DNA of 63,236 bases, counting the filler, from Dimorphilus gyrociliatus (lineage: Eukaryota > Animalia > Annelida): the NCBI GenBank assembly GCA_904063045.1. It is 4 parts of 4 records of this genome, joined end to end, with 100 filler letters (N's around TTAATTAATTAA, not from the genome) between each part and the next. Parts side by side here need not be neighbours in the genome. Positions count along the whole stretch, not along the records: positions 1 to 31,061 come from CAJFCJ010000128.1; 3 more parts are not named here. One strand, given 5' to 3'. Under the pieces are notes generated by a model. It was given only the letters and a program-made list of their open reading frames with translations. It ran no database searches and was not told where the DNA came from. Shown in pieces: positions 12,587 to 24,437 of the stretch (position 1 is its first letter; each line of letters begins with the position of its first letter). A program made the position numbers and the translations under genes.

Positions 12587-13477
12587 CTTTAGTTTTGTGT
12601 TATTTAAAGAATATTGAAGATGACTAAACTTGTCGTCATATCCATAACTTTTGCACAAAGTAAAAGTTTTTGTTTAAAGCCATTTAAAGCTTGTTTGATT
12701 TATTTGAATTGCAAAAGAATTTTGGTAATGTTTCACCAGCAAAAAGATATCCTCTTCTAAACATTTCATTATCTTCAATAACAGTAGAAATAAACTGGCA
12801 TTTGTGCATTGTGTTAAAGTTCAAATTAACTTAATGATTCACTGAACATATACACAAACTATGTTTGTTCTTTTTACAAAATAACACTTTGTTTGTCACG
12901 TGCTCTTGAATGAAATTGATAACCTTCACTGAAATCTCAAACGATTTGTAATGAATATTGCATAGTTGAACAGTGGCTCCATCTGACATAGATGGAATTT
13001 ATCATTGAAAAAGTCTTGTTAAAAATTTACTTTTAACCAATTACCTCAAAGTAATGAAATGTAAATTAAAACAAATACAATTGTTTACCTTTAATCAAAA
13101 CCTATTCCTTGTGATATGACCTACTGTTTAGTGTCTTCCATACATTTTCTAGAAATTTTAAAATCTTTAATTTTGAAAATTTAAATAATAAATAGTAAAA
13201 AAAAACCGGATGCATTATGACATTTATCAACAAGAGAATGAACATTATCATATCCAAGAAGAGAGCATATTTGCTGTGTTTCATCATCTGAACAGATGCG
13301 ATTCTTGACTGGAAAAGTGGAATTTTGTTGAAGTGGATTTTCATAATAAACTTTTCCAACAACAGAAGATAAATGATTTTCAGTAATTTCAATACTGAAT
13401 TTACAATCTACAAAAATTTCATTAAAATTGTATTGAAGAAATTGAATTAATAGAAAATAGATAAAAATATTATTCAT
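12587..13477 (-). CDS. Secreted/receptor ectodomain with SRCR-like modules; paralogue of the 1467 receptor N-terminus (partial or degraded)
   Basis: Signal peptide MNNIFIYFLLIQFL; KFSIEITENHLSSVVGKVYY...QQICSLLGYDNVHSLVDKCHNASG aligns with KIYLDIIDETVTYSFGKITF...DQLCKDWNYDDLYSIIEDCQIMNG; second LCKSYGYDD module near 12640. Confidence 0.55.
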
Positions 13478-13647
13478 TTCTGACAAACAACAATCCATTT
13501 GCAAACATAATAAAATAATTATATGAAATTTAACTTGATTATTCTCTTACAACTGCAAAAATTTCTTCATTAACAAAACAAGTATTCAATTTCAAATGCA
13601 AAAATCAATGTAGGCCTATATGTAAATAACTCTGACATTCTGACATT

Positions 13648-15501
13648 CTATTGATATTTTTTTCTAGTTGAAGGAAAGAAAAAGTAGTTTTTACAATTTG
13701 TTGCTTGTCCTTCTGCAATTTGCTTAATTGTTAAATTTTGAATGTAATGTTCCATATAATATTTTGTGTAAATTTCAATTTTTTTGAAAAATCTTTGTGG
13801 ACTATGCTGTAAATATAGCATTGAAAACATCAATGCTCTGAGGAAGATACTGCCTTCCTCCCGTCTCATTGAGAGAGCACCTCTATTTGTTGAATGTAGA
13901 CAAAACAAATCAGAAACCACTGATGAATTTCAATGAAGTGTTATAAAATCCTCTATTTTGTCCATTTTATCTGATGGGTCAAAAAAATTACATTGTAAAA
14001 AAATAATATCAGAATGTTAGGTTTAATTTTAAATCACTTCTGCAGCATTGCGTCATAAATATCTTGGGTTTTCCCTTCAAAACATCCACATCAAATTTTT
14101 CATACAGTTCACTAAATGGCATAAAACCAGAATCAATTGTATTGAGAGTCATTAATTGAAAACCGTCATTACAACCATGTGCTAAAACAAATATAATTAT
14201 TGATTTAATTTGGTTTTTTTCAATTTGTAGTGCAGTCTCCAAATTTAGAATATTTTCATATAATTTCGGTTTATCATAATCCCTCCATTCTTCAATATTG
14301 TAATTTAGGCTGCTAAACAGCAAGACAATATTTTTTATATCCATTTCTGTTCCAAGTTTTCTATTTTTCGTCTGAACTATAATGATAACCTTATTCAATC
14401 CTCTTGTATCGTACAAATTCTAAAAATAGAAAAAAAAAATTTCCAAAAAATTATACGAAGAAGTTATTTGAAAAAATAATTTTTGTTTACAAAGCAATAC
14501 AACTTGTAGATAACTTGTTTACTTAATGATGGACTATTGGCATTCACTCCAGATATATAGTTGATTTATTTTCATTGTCCGTCATTTAGGTGGTTGACAT
14601 GACTCAGCACTGAGCAACCACACTGCCTGATTTTAACAGGACAATGAACTGTGCCACCTTTCATACCTCATACTTATAACCATCGACACAAGATTGTCGC
14701 AGTTCAATCATCTTATTGGCAACTTACATCATTTTTAATTTCATTAATTAAATATTCATTTGTTAGTAGATTTTCGCTGACTGGTTCAAAGGGAAAAGTA
14801 AGATCGTCTAAAAGTAGGGTAATATTATTTTTATATACCTTAACCTATCAAAATACAAACTATTTTCTTGACAAAATTTTTGAAAGTTTTCTTTACTCGG
14901 TACAAAATCATCAGTATGATCACTAGAGTAGAAAATAAAATCATCACTCCAAAATTTTTTCCTTCTACCTTCATAGAGAATGTTGAATACGATTTCGGAT
15001 TGGAATGATTCAACATCTTCAATTGGATAACCAAACTGTAAAAATGCTTTTTTGTCTAAAAGGACAGAGAATTAAATTATAAAATTGACCAAGAGGAAAT
15101 TATAAAATAATTACTATTTTCAAATTTAATGATAAGCCTTTCAAAGCTAATTTCAAGAGACTTGAACATCATTCCATCGCTGATTAATTGGCATTCTAAT
15201 TTCATATCATAGATATTAGAATATTTTGACTGTGGTATCTTAAATCCTCCATTTTTAACAGAAAGATTTCCTTTCTTTAAACAAAACAAATTAAAAATAT
15301 GAATTTTTTTGTCTTTCTTTTTACCTCTATTTCTTTTGAATTACGAGTTATTTGATAATACATATATAAGTTTTTATATTTTCCATTTTTTTCAATATTC
15401 ATACTATAAGTAATCCAATATTCAGTCCCATTTTCTAATTCTTCAATAATACCTATATCACATTCTGCTGCAGCCATTTTATGTTTGTCAAATATCTTCT
15501 G
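13648..15501 (-). CDS. Caspase (p20 + p10) with non-death-fold, FN3/Ig-like N-terminal region; 5' end not resolved
   Basis: p20 exon 14419-14038 with VLAHG and GKPKIFMTQCCR (catalytic His and Cys); p10 SDLFCLHSTNRGALSMRREEGSIFLRAL...KQIAEG...NYFFFP at 13919-13648. Phase-consistent GT-AG exons 15501-15325, 15274-15115, 15055-14861, 14807-14728. Confidence 0.85.
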
Positions 15502-16199
15502 CTAGAGCTAAAAAATTAATACTTGATATAAAAGAAGTCAATGAAAATCATTCTTCACTCTCAACTGCTACAATAAAATGTTTTTCTTTTACAATTTTAA
15601 CCATAAGCTTTGTATAAAATGATATTTTGGTGTTATGAATAATACGATTTCAATGCAATATAAACTTTTTCTTTTATAAGATTACACCAAAAATTTAAGT
15701 ATAATTTTGGTTATTTTTCCAAGAGTGTGAGTAGTGTTTAAAAATTCAAATAATACCCTAAACATTAATATAGAAAAAAAGGAAAATGAAAGGCTTACTT
15801 ACCTTTGGTTATCTTATTTAAAAAAGTGAGTAAGTGAACTTTTAAGATTTTTATAAGCTCTTGTTGAAATTATACAAATATATAAAACCACAGTAACCTT
15901 AGTGTAGGCCAAAGTGGACCAATAGACTTTACAGTTTGGTCAAGGTCATTTTTAGAGATTTACAATATATAAAAAAAATGTATAGAAAAGTATAAATTCA
16001 AAAATAACTAAAATTTTGCTATGAATATTGAAATCCCCCAAAGAGATTTGCATTGCATGAATATTCAATAAATGTTAGAAAGGTTTTTATTTCAATGAAC
16101 CAATCATTGAATGGTTCCTTTACAAGAATTTATCCCTCTGTATTTCAATTTTATTTGTAATCTCTGTTGTTTCCCTCATACTATTTTTCTGCATTTATT

Positions 16200-17600
16200 C
16201 CTTTTTATTCCAGGTTGCCATCGGTGATAACGCCAAGTTTTCTAACCTCCATTGAGTCTATCGTTTGTCATACTGAATTCTCAGACCCCTATTAGGGTAC
16301 TCACTTGGCTGTCTTTCAGGATGAATTTGTTTCATCACTTCCCTTGAATTTGATGCTATTTTTGTCTGAGTGAAGTAATTGCGAAAGGTCTTCAATACCT
16401 TCGGTAATATATCTCTAAGATATTCTTCATCATTGGATGCCAATATCAGATTGTCAACATAAAAACACTTTTCCACTTCTTTCCTTTGTTCCTGATTCAA
16501 TTTCGAATTCTTTAGTATCCTTCCCAAAGTCGCTGATATCGTGAAGGGGCTACGCTCAGCTCCAAACCAAACAGCTCCTAAATGTTGCCGATCACATAGT
16601 ACTGTTAAGTCCTCCAATTTACCAGTGTTAAAGGTATGTCGCCTACTAATCTTCCACCCTTTGACATTGTACCATTTATGCTCCTCCCTCGATAGCTCGC
16701 TACACAGTTATACACTATCCAACCATATCTATCATATATAAATGCAGATATGGCTATTCTAAAATTAAAAAAACTAGCAAAAATTGTTCAATTTCATGTC
16801 AAGGTCAAATTTTTTTTGACTACAGTTATAACATTTCTAGGAATTGAATTAAGAGATTGCAAGGCGTATATGAAAAGAGGAGCAGCATGTGACATCATGA
16901 AGAAATTAAGGACCTTACCCTTCCTGCCTTCTGATTTGGTGGAACTACACTCTAGATAATTGGCTAGAAGATCATCTAGAAAACGGGTTGATTCCAAATC
17001 AATACAAAAACATTGAAATTATGGAGAGGGAATATAAGGGTCTTTGGTTACATAAAGTTTAATGGAGATAGGACTTGGATATAGAGTTTTATACCACCAG
17101 GGTATCACACTAAGGTCTTGAGCAGATACATTGCCCCTAGTCATAACAGTGGATAAATTTTTCAGCAGGACAGGACTAGTTGTCACATAGTGGTGTACTG
17201 GTCTTGCTTGGTCAATTGATGCATTTGCAAGTTATAAATACTGGTTCTACTCGAACCTTTAAACAAATGTCTGAATTTAAATGGTTTATTCAAAGTAAAA
17301 TACTTAAGCAAAGCTACAAAATGAAAGTTGAACGGCAGAGTAGATAGTTTGTAATAGCAGGTTGCTCAATTACCAAACTACCATCCAACATTACGGAATA
17401 GAAGGCTTGTTCCAGTAAAGATTGTTTCCAGGCCATCTTCCTCAGTGGTTAGATTGAGATGCCACCCTTAGGGTAGAACAGTGAATGTTTAAATACTTTG
17501 AGGTTTGCCTCTTGAATCCAATCGTCACTTTACAATTGGCACATTGTCTAATTCATATTTATCTTTAGTAACAGGATGTTACTTGAACCATATCTGAACA
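16200..17600 (-). mobile_element. Degraded BEL/Pao LTR retrotransposon pol remnants
   Basis: RT: VYNCVASYRGRSINGTMSKGGRLVGDIPLTLVNWR, WFGAERSPFTISAT, FYVDN. Integrase-like scraps CANCK, PWW, CNQRPL at ~17000-17560. Confidence 0.75.
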
Positions 17601-17750
17601 ATACCCTATATATTAAACAAACTCTAACTTGGCCTAATCTTAAGGAGGACTAATTAAATTGTAACTGGGCCACTCCCTAAGAAGACCTGTGAATTATAGC
17701 CTGGTCACACCTTAGAGGGTTAATTGAATTATAACTTTGCCACGCCTTAT
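17500..17750. repeat. Repeat with ~36-bp tandem units (GGTTAATTGAATTATAACTTGGCCACACCCTAG-like), copy 1
   Basis: Aligns with 22188-22350 starting at GAGGTTTGCCTCT. Confidence 0.8.
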
Positions 17751-18037
17751 CCATAAAAGTTAACCTGCGCAATGACTAATTGAAATATAATTGGATTAAA
17801 TCTTATTGTGTTTTCCTGTATAGATTGGACAGTCAGATTGTTGTATTTTGTGAATAGTAATATAATTTAAGAATATAATATATTGAAAGTTGTACAGCAG
17901 AAAGATTATTTGAAGCGAAAGAGCATGCAAAACATCAGACCATGAGGAGCTAATACCCTAGATCTCTAGGTGATTGACTCAATCGGTCTCACACATAAAA
18001 AGTGAATGCGTAAATTTGCAACAGCAAAAACAAGTTG

Positions 18038-19218
18038 TTAGTCAATATAGTTTGATATTTCCGCTTGAGATATTAAATGTTTAAATTCAAAAAACCAGCA
18101 AACTCTGCCATATCTTTGCAATTTCTTTGCTTTAATGTATTCATTATCAATTTTAAATATAGATGTTTTGTCATCTTGAGGTGATTGGTTAAATGCAAAT
18201 GATTTCTTTCCAACATCACCAATTATTCCACCAAAATTCTTATAATTGGAATCGATATTTCGAAATTGAACATTTAAAAATGGTCCAGTTAAAAAGCTTT
18301 CATCTCTAATGACAACAATCATCTGCTTCCTTTCTTCATCTTTTACCAGAATTTCAACTTTTTGAGGAAAAATGATGAAATATGAATTTCCAAGTCTTGA
18401 CTTTTTTATTATTCCATTCAATAATTTGATTTGGAAGAATAATAACATTTGTTGTTATTCTAAAGAAAATGTCATGATAATTGATTTTTTAGTTTTGAAT
18501 AAACAACACGTTTTTATTGTAATATTGACAAAATATTAAATTTTAAACAGGAACCTTGGCTGGAAGGGCAATCATTTTCATTTTCTGGTGTTGGTGATCT
18601 ACCAATTTCAAAGGAATCAGCTGTAAATTGAACATCTGAACATCTGCTTATGGATTCCTTATTTGGAATAATAACAGGCTTTCCAATCCAATCAATAAAA
18701 GTATAGGTATTAGTTGCTGAATTATCTCTGGACATTACCACTGCATCAATGATATTGTCTTTAACAAGAGTCACTAGACTTCCATAGTGTTGTGAAACTG
18801 GAAAGAGTTTTATAACAGTTGATAAAAAATTGCTGTATCAGTAGTAACAAACTTTTGGTTATAATGACGGCTGATGGTTCTTCTGCCCCAACATCAATTA
18901 TGTAGTCAGAAGACTCAAAGACTGCTCTCTTTCTTCTTTTATAGCTTAAATATTCAATTTTTAAAATATCATTTTTAAACAATAAGCCCTGAATATATGC
19001 TGTGAATACATCTTTGGTTGACCATCATCTAAATCGACACCATATATATAATAAGGACCTAAATCCACAGGCGATGAACCAATATTCTTGATCTCAATAA
19101 AGTTATCATAACCAGAATAGCTTATCTCATTTATTACAAGTGTCTGATATGTATATTCTACAAGACAGTAAAGGAGAAAAAGACTTTTGAACAATTTGAA
19201 AATTGTTGCCATTTTCAA
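18038..19218 (-). CDS. Secreted lamin-tail-domain (LTD) protein with ITI heavy-chain C-terminal-like domain; carries a frameshift
   Basis: Signal peptide; LVINEISYSGYDNFIEIKNIGSSPVDL; IDAVV...SISRC...SPTPENEN; RRKR site; C-terminal FGGIIGDVG...VCWF...LI...Y. 55-bp intron 18852-18798; 1-nt frameshift near 18995. Confidence 0.7.
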
Positions 19219-20588
19219 TGAACAAATTGAAAAATTTGAAAGAAAACTCAGCTCAATCTTACTTATACCACGTTGCTTGACCCTTAATTTGAATAAATGT
19301 GCTATAAATAGTTACACAGGTGTCAATGCTCTTTTTAGTTTTCCTCAAACTTATTTAAATATCCAGCATTCACCATCTACACCTATTTTGAAATGTCACA
19401 AACTTTTTTCAATGTCATGTCAAGGTCAAGTATTTTGAGCTACAAAGAATTTCGCTTAAGCTTAAAAAATTGCTTCTTTTGAAAAAAAAGTAGAGCACAA
19501 AATATTTTTTTCTTGGAAATGTTTTCAAGTTTTATAGAATTTTTTTCAATTTGAAAATCGTTTACATTCTATCTGCTTCAAGCTAATCAACGGTTGGAAC
19601 CCATATCACTCAAAATTGCCTGAAAACTGGCGTAGCTTTAGGTATAGAGTAAAAAGTTATGGAAATGAAGTTGTTTTCTATTCTATATAGAGGCTCACTG
19701 TAAATGGTCCAATAGATTTTTAGGTATACGGATTGAGCACTATTAAATGTTTACAGTTTTGGGTTTTCCAAATTCTATTGTTTGCAAAGGCCATTATTCA
19801 AAATAGAATAATTAAGCAAGTAATTTTATCAAAAATTCAATAGCTCGGATAGATTCATGAAAAATCATAAATCTATTTTTAGACATTTGCCTTAAATACT
19901 TTTTTTATCGTAGATATATTTTGAAGTCTTATAGAATTTGAGTACATTAAAAAAACTGTTCAAGAATAAGAGGCCATTAATGGGACCTATACAAGATATT
20001 TTGCAGATTAAATGTTCTCACATACCTGTCTTTGAAAGCCATTCAAGATTAATATTTTTATAAAAACACTGACAACTTCACTTTTTTGCATTCAATAGAA
20101 TTTTTTGAACCCAAATGCAGTTTTACTATAATGGAAACTTTGATCGGACCTTTTTATTTAAATTAATTAAATTCAAATCAACTACAGCAGTTATTACGAT
20201 TTTGAGAGAGAAGTTGTACTTGAAATTTTGTCCTTGACATTGTTGTAGATGGGCGTTTCCCCATCACCCTATGCACTTGTTTTGTTTGTTCTACTCCTAA
20301 ACTAGGTCATAATCGATTAAATAGTCATTCTGCAATGCTGAATCAGAATATTATTATTCTCCAAAACAAAACTGTAATAGGATATTAAATTCATGTTTTG
20401 AAGCTTCATCAAACCACGCTACATGTTCATTTATTGCATAGTCAGTTATTGAGTTCTATCATTTAAAAGAGAAAGAAAATTTACAATGCAAAAATTGATG
20501 ATGAATGACAGAACAATATTTTCAAATAAAGAAAATGGAATGGAAAACTTTCAAACAATTTATGTTTGTAAAATATTTAAAATATTTT

Positions 20589-20985
20589 NNNNNNNNNNNN
20601 NNNNNNNNNNNNNNNNNNNNNNNNNNNNNNNNNNNNNNNNNNNNNNNNNNNNNNNNNNNNNNNNNNNNNNNNNNNNNNNNNNNNNNNNNNNNNNNNNNNN
20701 NNNNNNNNNNNNNNNNNNNNNNNNNNNNNNNNNNNNNNNNNNNNNNNNNNNNNNNNNNNNNNNNNNNNNNNNNNNNNNNNNNNNNNNNNNNNNNNNNNNN
20801 NNNNNNNNNNNNNNNNNNNNNNNNNNNNNNNNNNNNNNNNNNNNNNNNNNNNNNNNNNNNNNNNNNNNNNNNNNNNNNNNNNNNNNNNNNNNNNNNNNNN
20901 NNNNNNNNNNNNNNNNNNNNNNNNNNNNNNNNNNNNNNNNNNNNNNNNNNNNNNNNNNNNNNNNNNNNNNNNNNNNNNNNNNNNG
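20589..20985. other. Scaffold gap (397 N) within contig A
   Basis: Run of N without linker. Confidence 1.
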
Positions 20986-21354
20986 GAGAAAAGTAAACAG
21001 TCTACTGTTCATTATCTTCTTAAGATAATTTAAAGATGGCGTTTACAGTATATATTTATTATGTGTAATTTTAGATGATTAAAACATTCGGACTAATTCT
21101 AACAAATTTAAAGAAAGATTCAAATTACTTCTCATAATGGCAGTTGCTTATTAAGTGTAATATTTTGTTAGGCAAGTTACAACATAATTAATTTAAATGT
21201 TCAATAACTGTTATTGATATCAAATGAATGACTATGAAAATGTTTTATGATAATCTTAATTCTTTGTGAGATGAATATTCATATTTTTTATCTTTGATGA
21301 TAAAGAAATGTGCAGTTTTCTTTTGTCTAAATTTGAAAAAGAATAAACACTTAC

Positions 21355-21822
21355 CCTGAATTTTTATATAAAAGACTGCAAACACACTTGTAGCCCATGT
21401 TGCTTCTGGTTTAATAGTATGTTTAAAAAAGCAAACACTAGTTGTCATTCTTTGAATCCTTTACAACTAATCAGATTTTTACATGTATTTCCACAATCTT
21501 CAACATTTCCTGACATTTGCTCTATATCATAACCTTGCAAATGACGTTGAAAATATTTGACATAGCCATCCAGATCAGCTGAAAATAGAAATTTTTTGGA
21601 AAAAGAGAAGAAGAAAATATCAGAATATCATTTCTACTTAGATAATATAGCGTAGAAACATTGTGAAGAAGACAAAACATTATTAGAACTATTGATAACA
21701 TGTTTGTTCTGTTTTCCAGTTGAGCTTCTTGTAGAATAATATTTCATGTGACAAACTGTCAATAGATATAATAAAAAAAGAGCATATATGACTAATTGAA
21801 TTATCTTTAAAAAGAAATTCAT
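21355..21822 (-). pseudogene. Signal peptide + PAN/apple-like domain gene, frameshifted
   Basis: MNFFLKIIQLVIYALFLLYLLTVC; exon GYDIEQMSGNVEDCGNTCKNLISCKGF, 1-nt shift, TTSVCFFK; GTAAGT donor at 21354. Confidence 0.55.
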
Positions 21823-22187
21823 GGAAAAAATTGCATCTATAAAGTATTAAATGTATTTCAAATGTTTCTAAATATAGATCTATTGATCGTTTTGTTGATT
21901 TATTATTTTTATTGTGACGTATAGAAAAAAACGGAAAATTGTTCAAGTTAACGAAAGCATAAGAGTACTAGTTTAAAGATAGAGTGATTCTTTTGCTAAT
22001 GTCTTTTAATTTATTCTCCAACGTCATCCCTCCACACCAATGTCGGTTCTGAACTATAAAATTTAGGCATAATTTAATAAAAAACTGGTAGATATATTTT
22101 ATTATATTATTTCAAAATTAATAAACATCAGCACATCATATCACAATCTTAAAAAGAAGGATTATTATAGTATAGATGGCGCTAGTA

Positions 22188-22350
22188 GAGGTTTGCCTCT
22201 GATATCCAATCATCACTTTACAGTTGCCGAAATGTGTAGTTCATATTTATGTTTAGTAAGAGGATGTTAGAAGGTTGAACATTTAGGAAGGTTAATTGAA
22301 TTATAACTTGGCCACACCCTAGGCAAGTTAATTAAATTATAACTTGGCCA
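22188..22350. repeat. Copy 2 of the 17500-17750 repeat
   Basis: Same GAGGTTTGCCTCT start and GTTAATT(G/A)AATTATAACTTGGCCA units. Confidence 0.8.
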
Positions 22351-23344
22351 AAACTTTATTGGTAATTAAAGATGAGCCTTGAAGCTGACTAATCAGACTT
22401 ATGTTTGGCCAATGTTATAGCATTTTCTTGCATAGGTTTTAAGATGTACATGTATAAGTTGCATCAAATAATAGAGTTCAAGCATGTTAAATATAACCAA
22501 AGTTGTACAATATCAATCAGAAATTTGATTGTTTTAACGAAATAGGCCTAATTATTGAAAGAAATAAGCATGAATTTTGTTTAGGAATTTTATCGATAAT
22601 GATAGAATAATATAACTTTCAATAGGATTTTTAGATCATTTGTGCGCATGCAATTAGAAAACAGTCAATTATAACTATGGTAAAACTGATTATGAATAGA
22701 ATGATTGAAAACATGTTATATATAACTATCTATATTTGACAAGAAGAAACAAATATGACAGATCTTAAATATTTTAAATATTTAAAAACTGGTTAAAATT
22801 TGGTTAATTAAATAATTTTCTTATGAAATTTTAGACAAATGTTCTATTTTCTTTGTTTTTTTTGCAGTATTCCTGTCATAATACTGTCAATATTAACCAT
22901 TGTAAACAATATTCAATTACACTAATTCAACTGATGTTTTTAGGCGTATGTTTTACTTTGAAATTCTTTTTAGAGATATATATAACCAATTGGAAATTGA
23001 GGTTAGACTTTGTTTTTCAATGTAAGATATTCAACAGTTCCTTTATAACTCAAAAGAAATATGTAGCCTATAACTTATTACCATTAATTAGTGTAACATT
23101 CACGTTCATAATCACGTGACTCTTGTTATACTTTCTTAATTTTTCACTATTATTATTCGATGGCTCTTACTGTCTCAAAAGTAAGAGCTTTTGAAATTAG
23201 AATTTAAACTACTCGCTAGGTGTCGCAACTAAATCAATAAAGTAGCTATAGAAATTTGCATATAACCAAAATTAACAAAACAGATCTCATAGTTTCATAA
23301 GCACTTAGGCACTTAGATAGATCTGGTCAAATTTCTTTCAAGAT

Positions 23345-24392
23345 ATGAGACAGTCAAAAGGAATCTATTTCTGTAGTTTTGCTATAAGCCTTATGGTTAT
23401 AGTTGGATTTTTTTTAACTCCTAACAAAAACTTTATGCAACAAAATGATAAAACTAATTTCAGTACAGATATCTTTACAGATTTAGAATTTAAATTAGCG
23501 GATTGTTTTACAATCTATTTATAGATGTGGAAGAAATCATCATTTGGTTCCATTCTTCAAGGAAGACAATTTCTTTCAATTTATTGGTCCTTTTCTACAA
23601 ATATTTTCAAAAAGATTACATAATTTCACTACAGATGGATCTATAAACAACAGATTTGCTTTATGGTCATTCTTGAGGATAATGCAACCTGAGCACGTGA
23701 TTGAAAGTGGTGCCAACAAAGGTTATGGAACATGGCTTATCCGCAAAGCTCTACCCAAAGCAAGAATTACAGTGATTAGTCCAACAACACCAAACCAATA
23801 TTTAGATAAAAGAAACTCAACGAAATATTTTACGAGTAAGAAATTTTTGGATTTCAACAGAATTGATTGGTCGAAAGAGAAGATTAATCGTGAAAAGACA
23901 ATCGTCTATTTCGACGATCATCAATCAGTTTATAAAAGAATTGTTCAAGCTGCTAAACACGGATTCAAGCATATCATTTTTGATGATAACTATCTTGCAG
24001 GTTCGACCAGTGGCCTAAGTAATAATCTTTCCGTAAGACAGGCTTGCGACGCGGCTGGATGTCTAGTTAAAGTCTCATCCCAATTCTATACAAAATGATA
24101 CATTGATAATTTTGGATCTATTAATAAATCATTCGAATTGAGTTCAGAATTTCGACAAAAAGTTGGCAGTGATCTTGACAAATTACTATCAGTTATCTAC
24201 GAACCACCATATCTATGCGATGTGTTAAATTACCCATCGAATCCGCAGCAGAAGATTACTTATGAACTATTTAGAAACACTGTAAATCCTTTGTTGTCAA
24301 CGAAACACTGCATTAATATTCGAAGAAATATAAGATTACTGTCTAGAGGATTTGCAAGCTACGCAAACACAGTGTATGTTCAATTAAAATAA
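23345..24392 (+). CDS. Class I SAM-methyltransferase-fold protein of a plant/bacterial-type uncharacterised family; in-frame TGA at 24096-24098
   Basis: VIESGANKGYGTWLIRKALP, FLDFNRIDW, VYFDDHQ, IIFDDNY; the 24138 ORF is in frame across the TGA. Putative type II anchor MRQSKGIYFCSFAISLMVIVGFFL at 23345; the splice joining it to the core is unresolved. Confidence 0.65.
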
Positions 24393-24437
24393 AAGTTTTT
24401 GATGGTTGAACAACAAATTATTGTAATAAATGTTTAC

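Noticed and set aside
14840-15034. ORF with a TM helix suggesting a transmembrane caspase
   Set aside because: Splice phases of the flanking exons select a different open frame with no TM segment.
17620-17750. CRISPR-like array from ~36-bp repeats (also the 42-bp units at 11380-11560)
   Set aside because: Units are contiguous and degenerate, with no unique spacers and no cas genes, in a eukaryotic context.
20486-21028. Three ORFs of 150-180 aa in the ORF track
   Set aside because: They are almost entirely N-gap translated as X.
13931-24098. TGA reassignment in the host genetic code
   Set aside because: Only two in-frame TGAs; Trp is encoded by TGG elsewhere and TGA appears to end the 9750 ORF.
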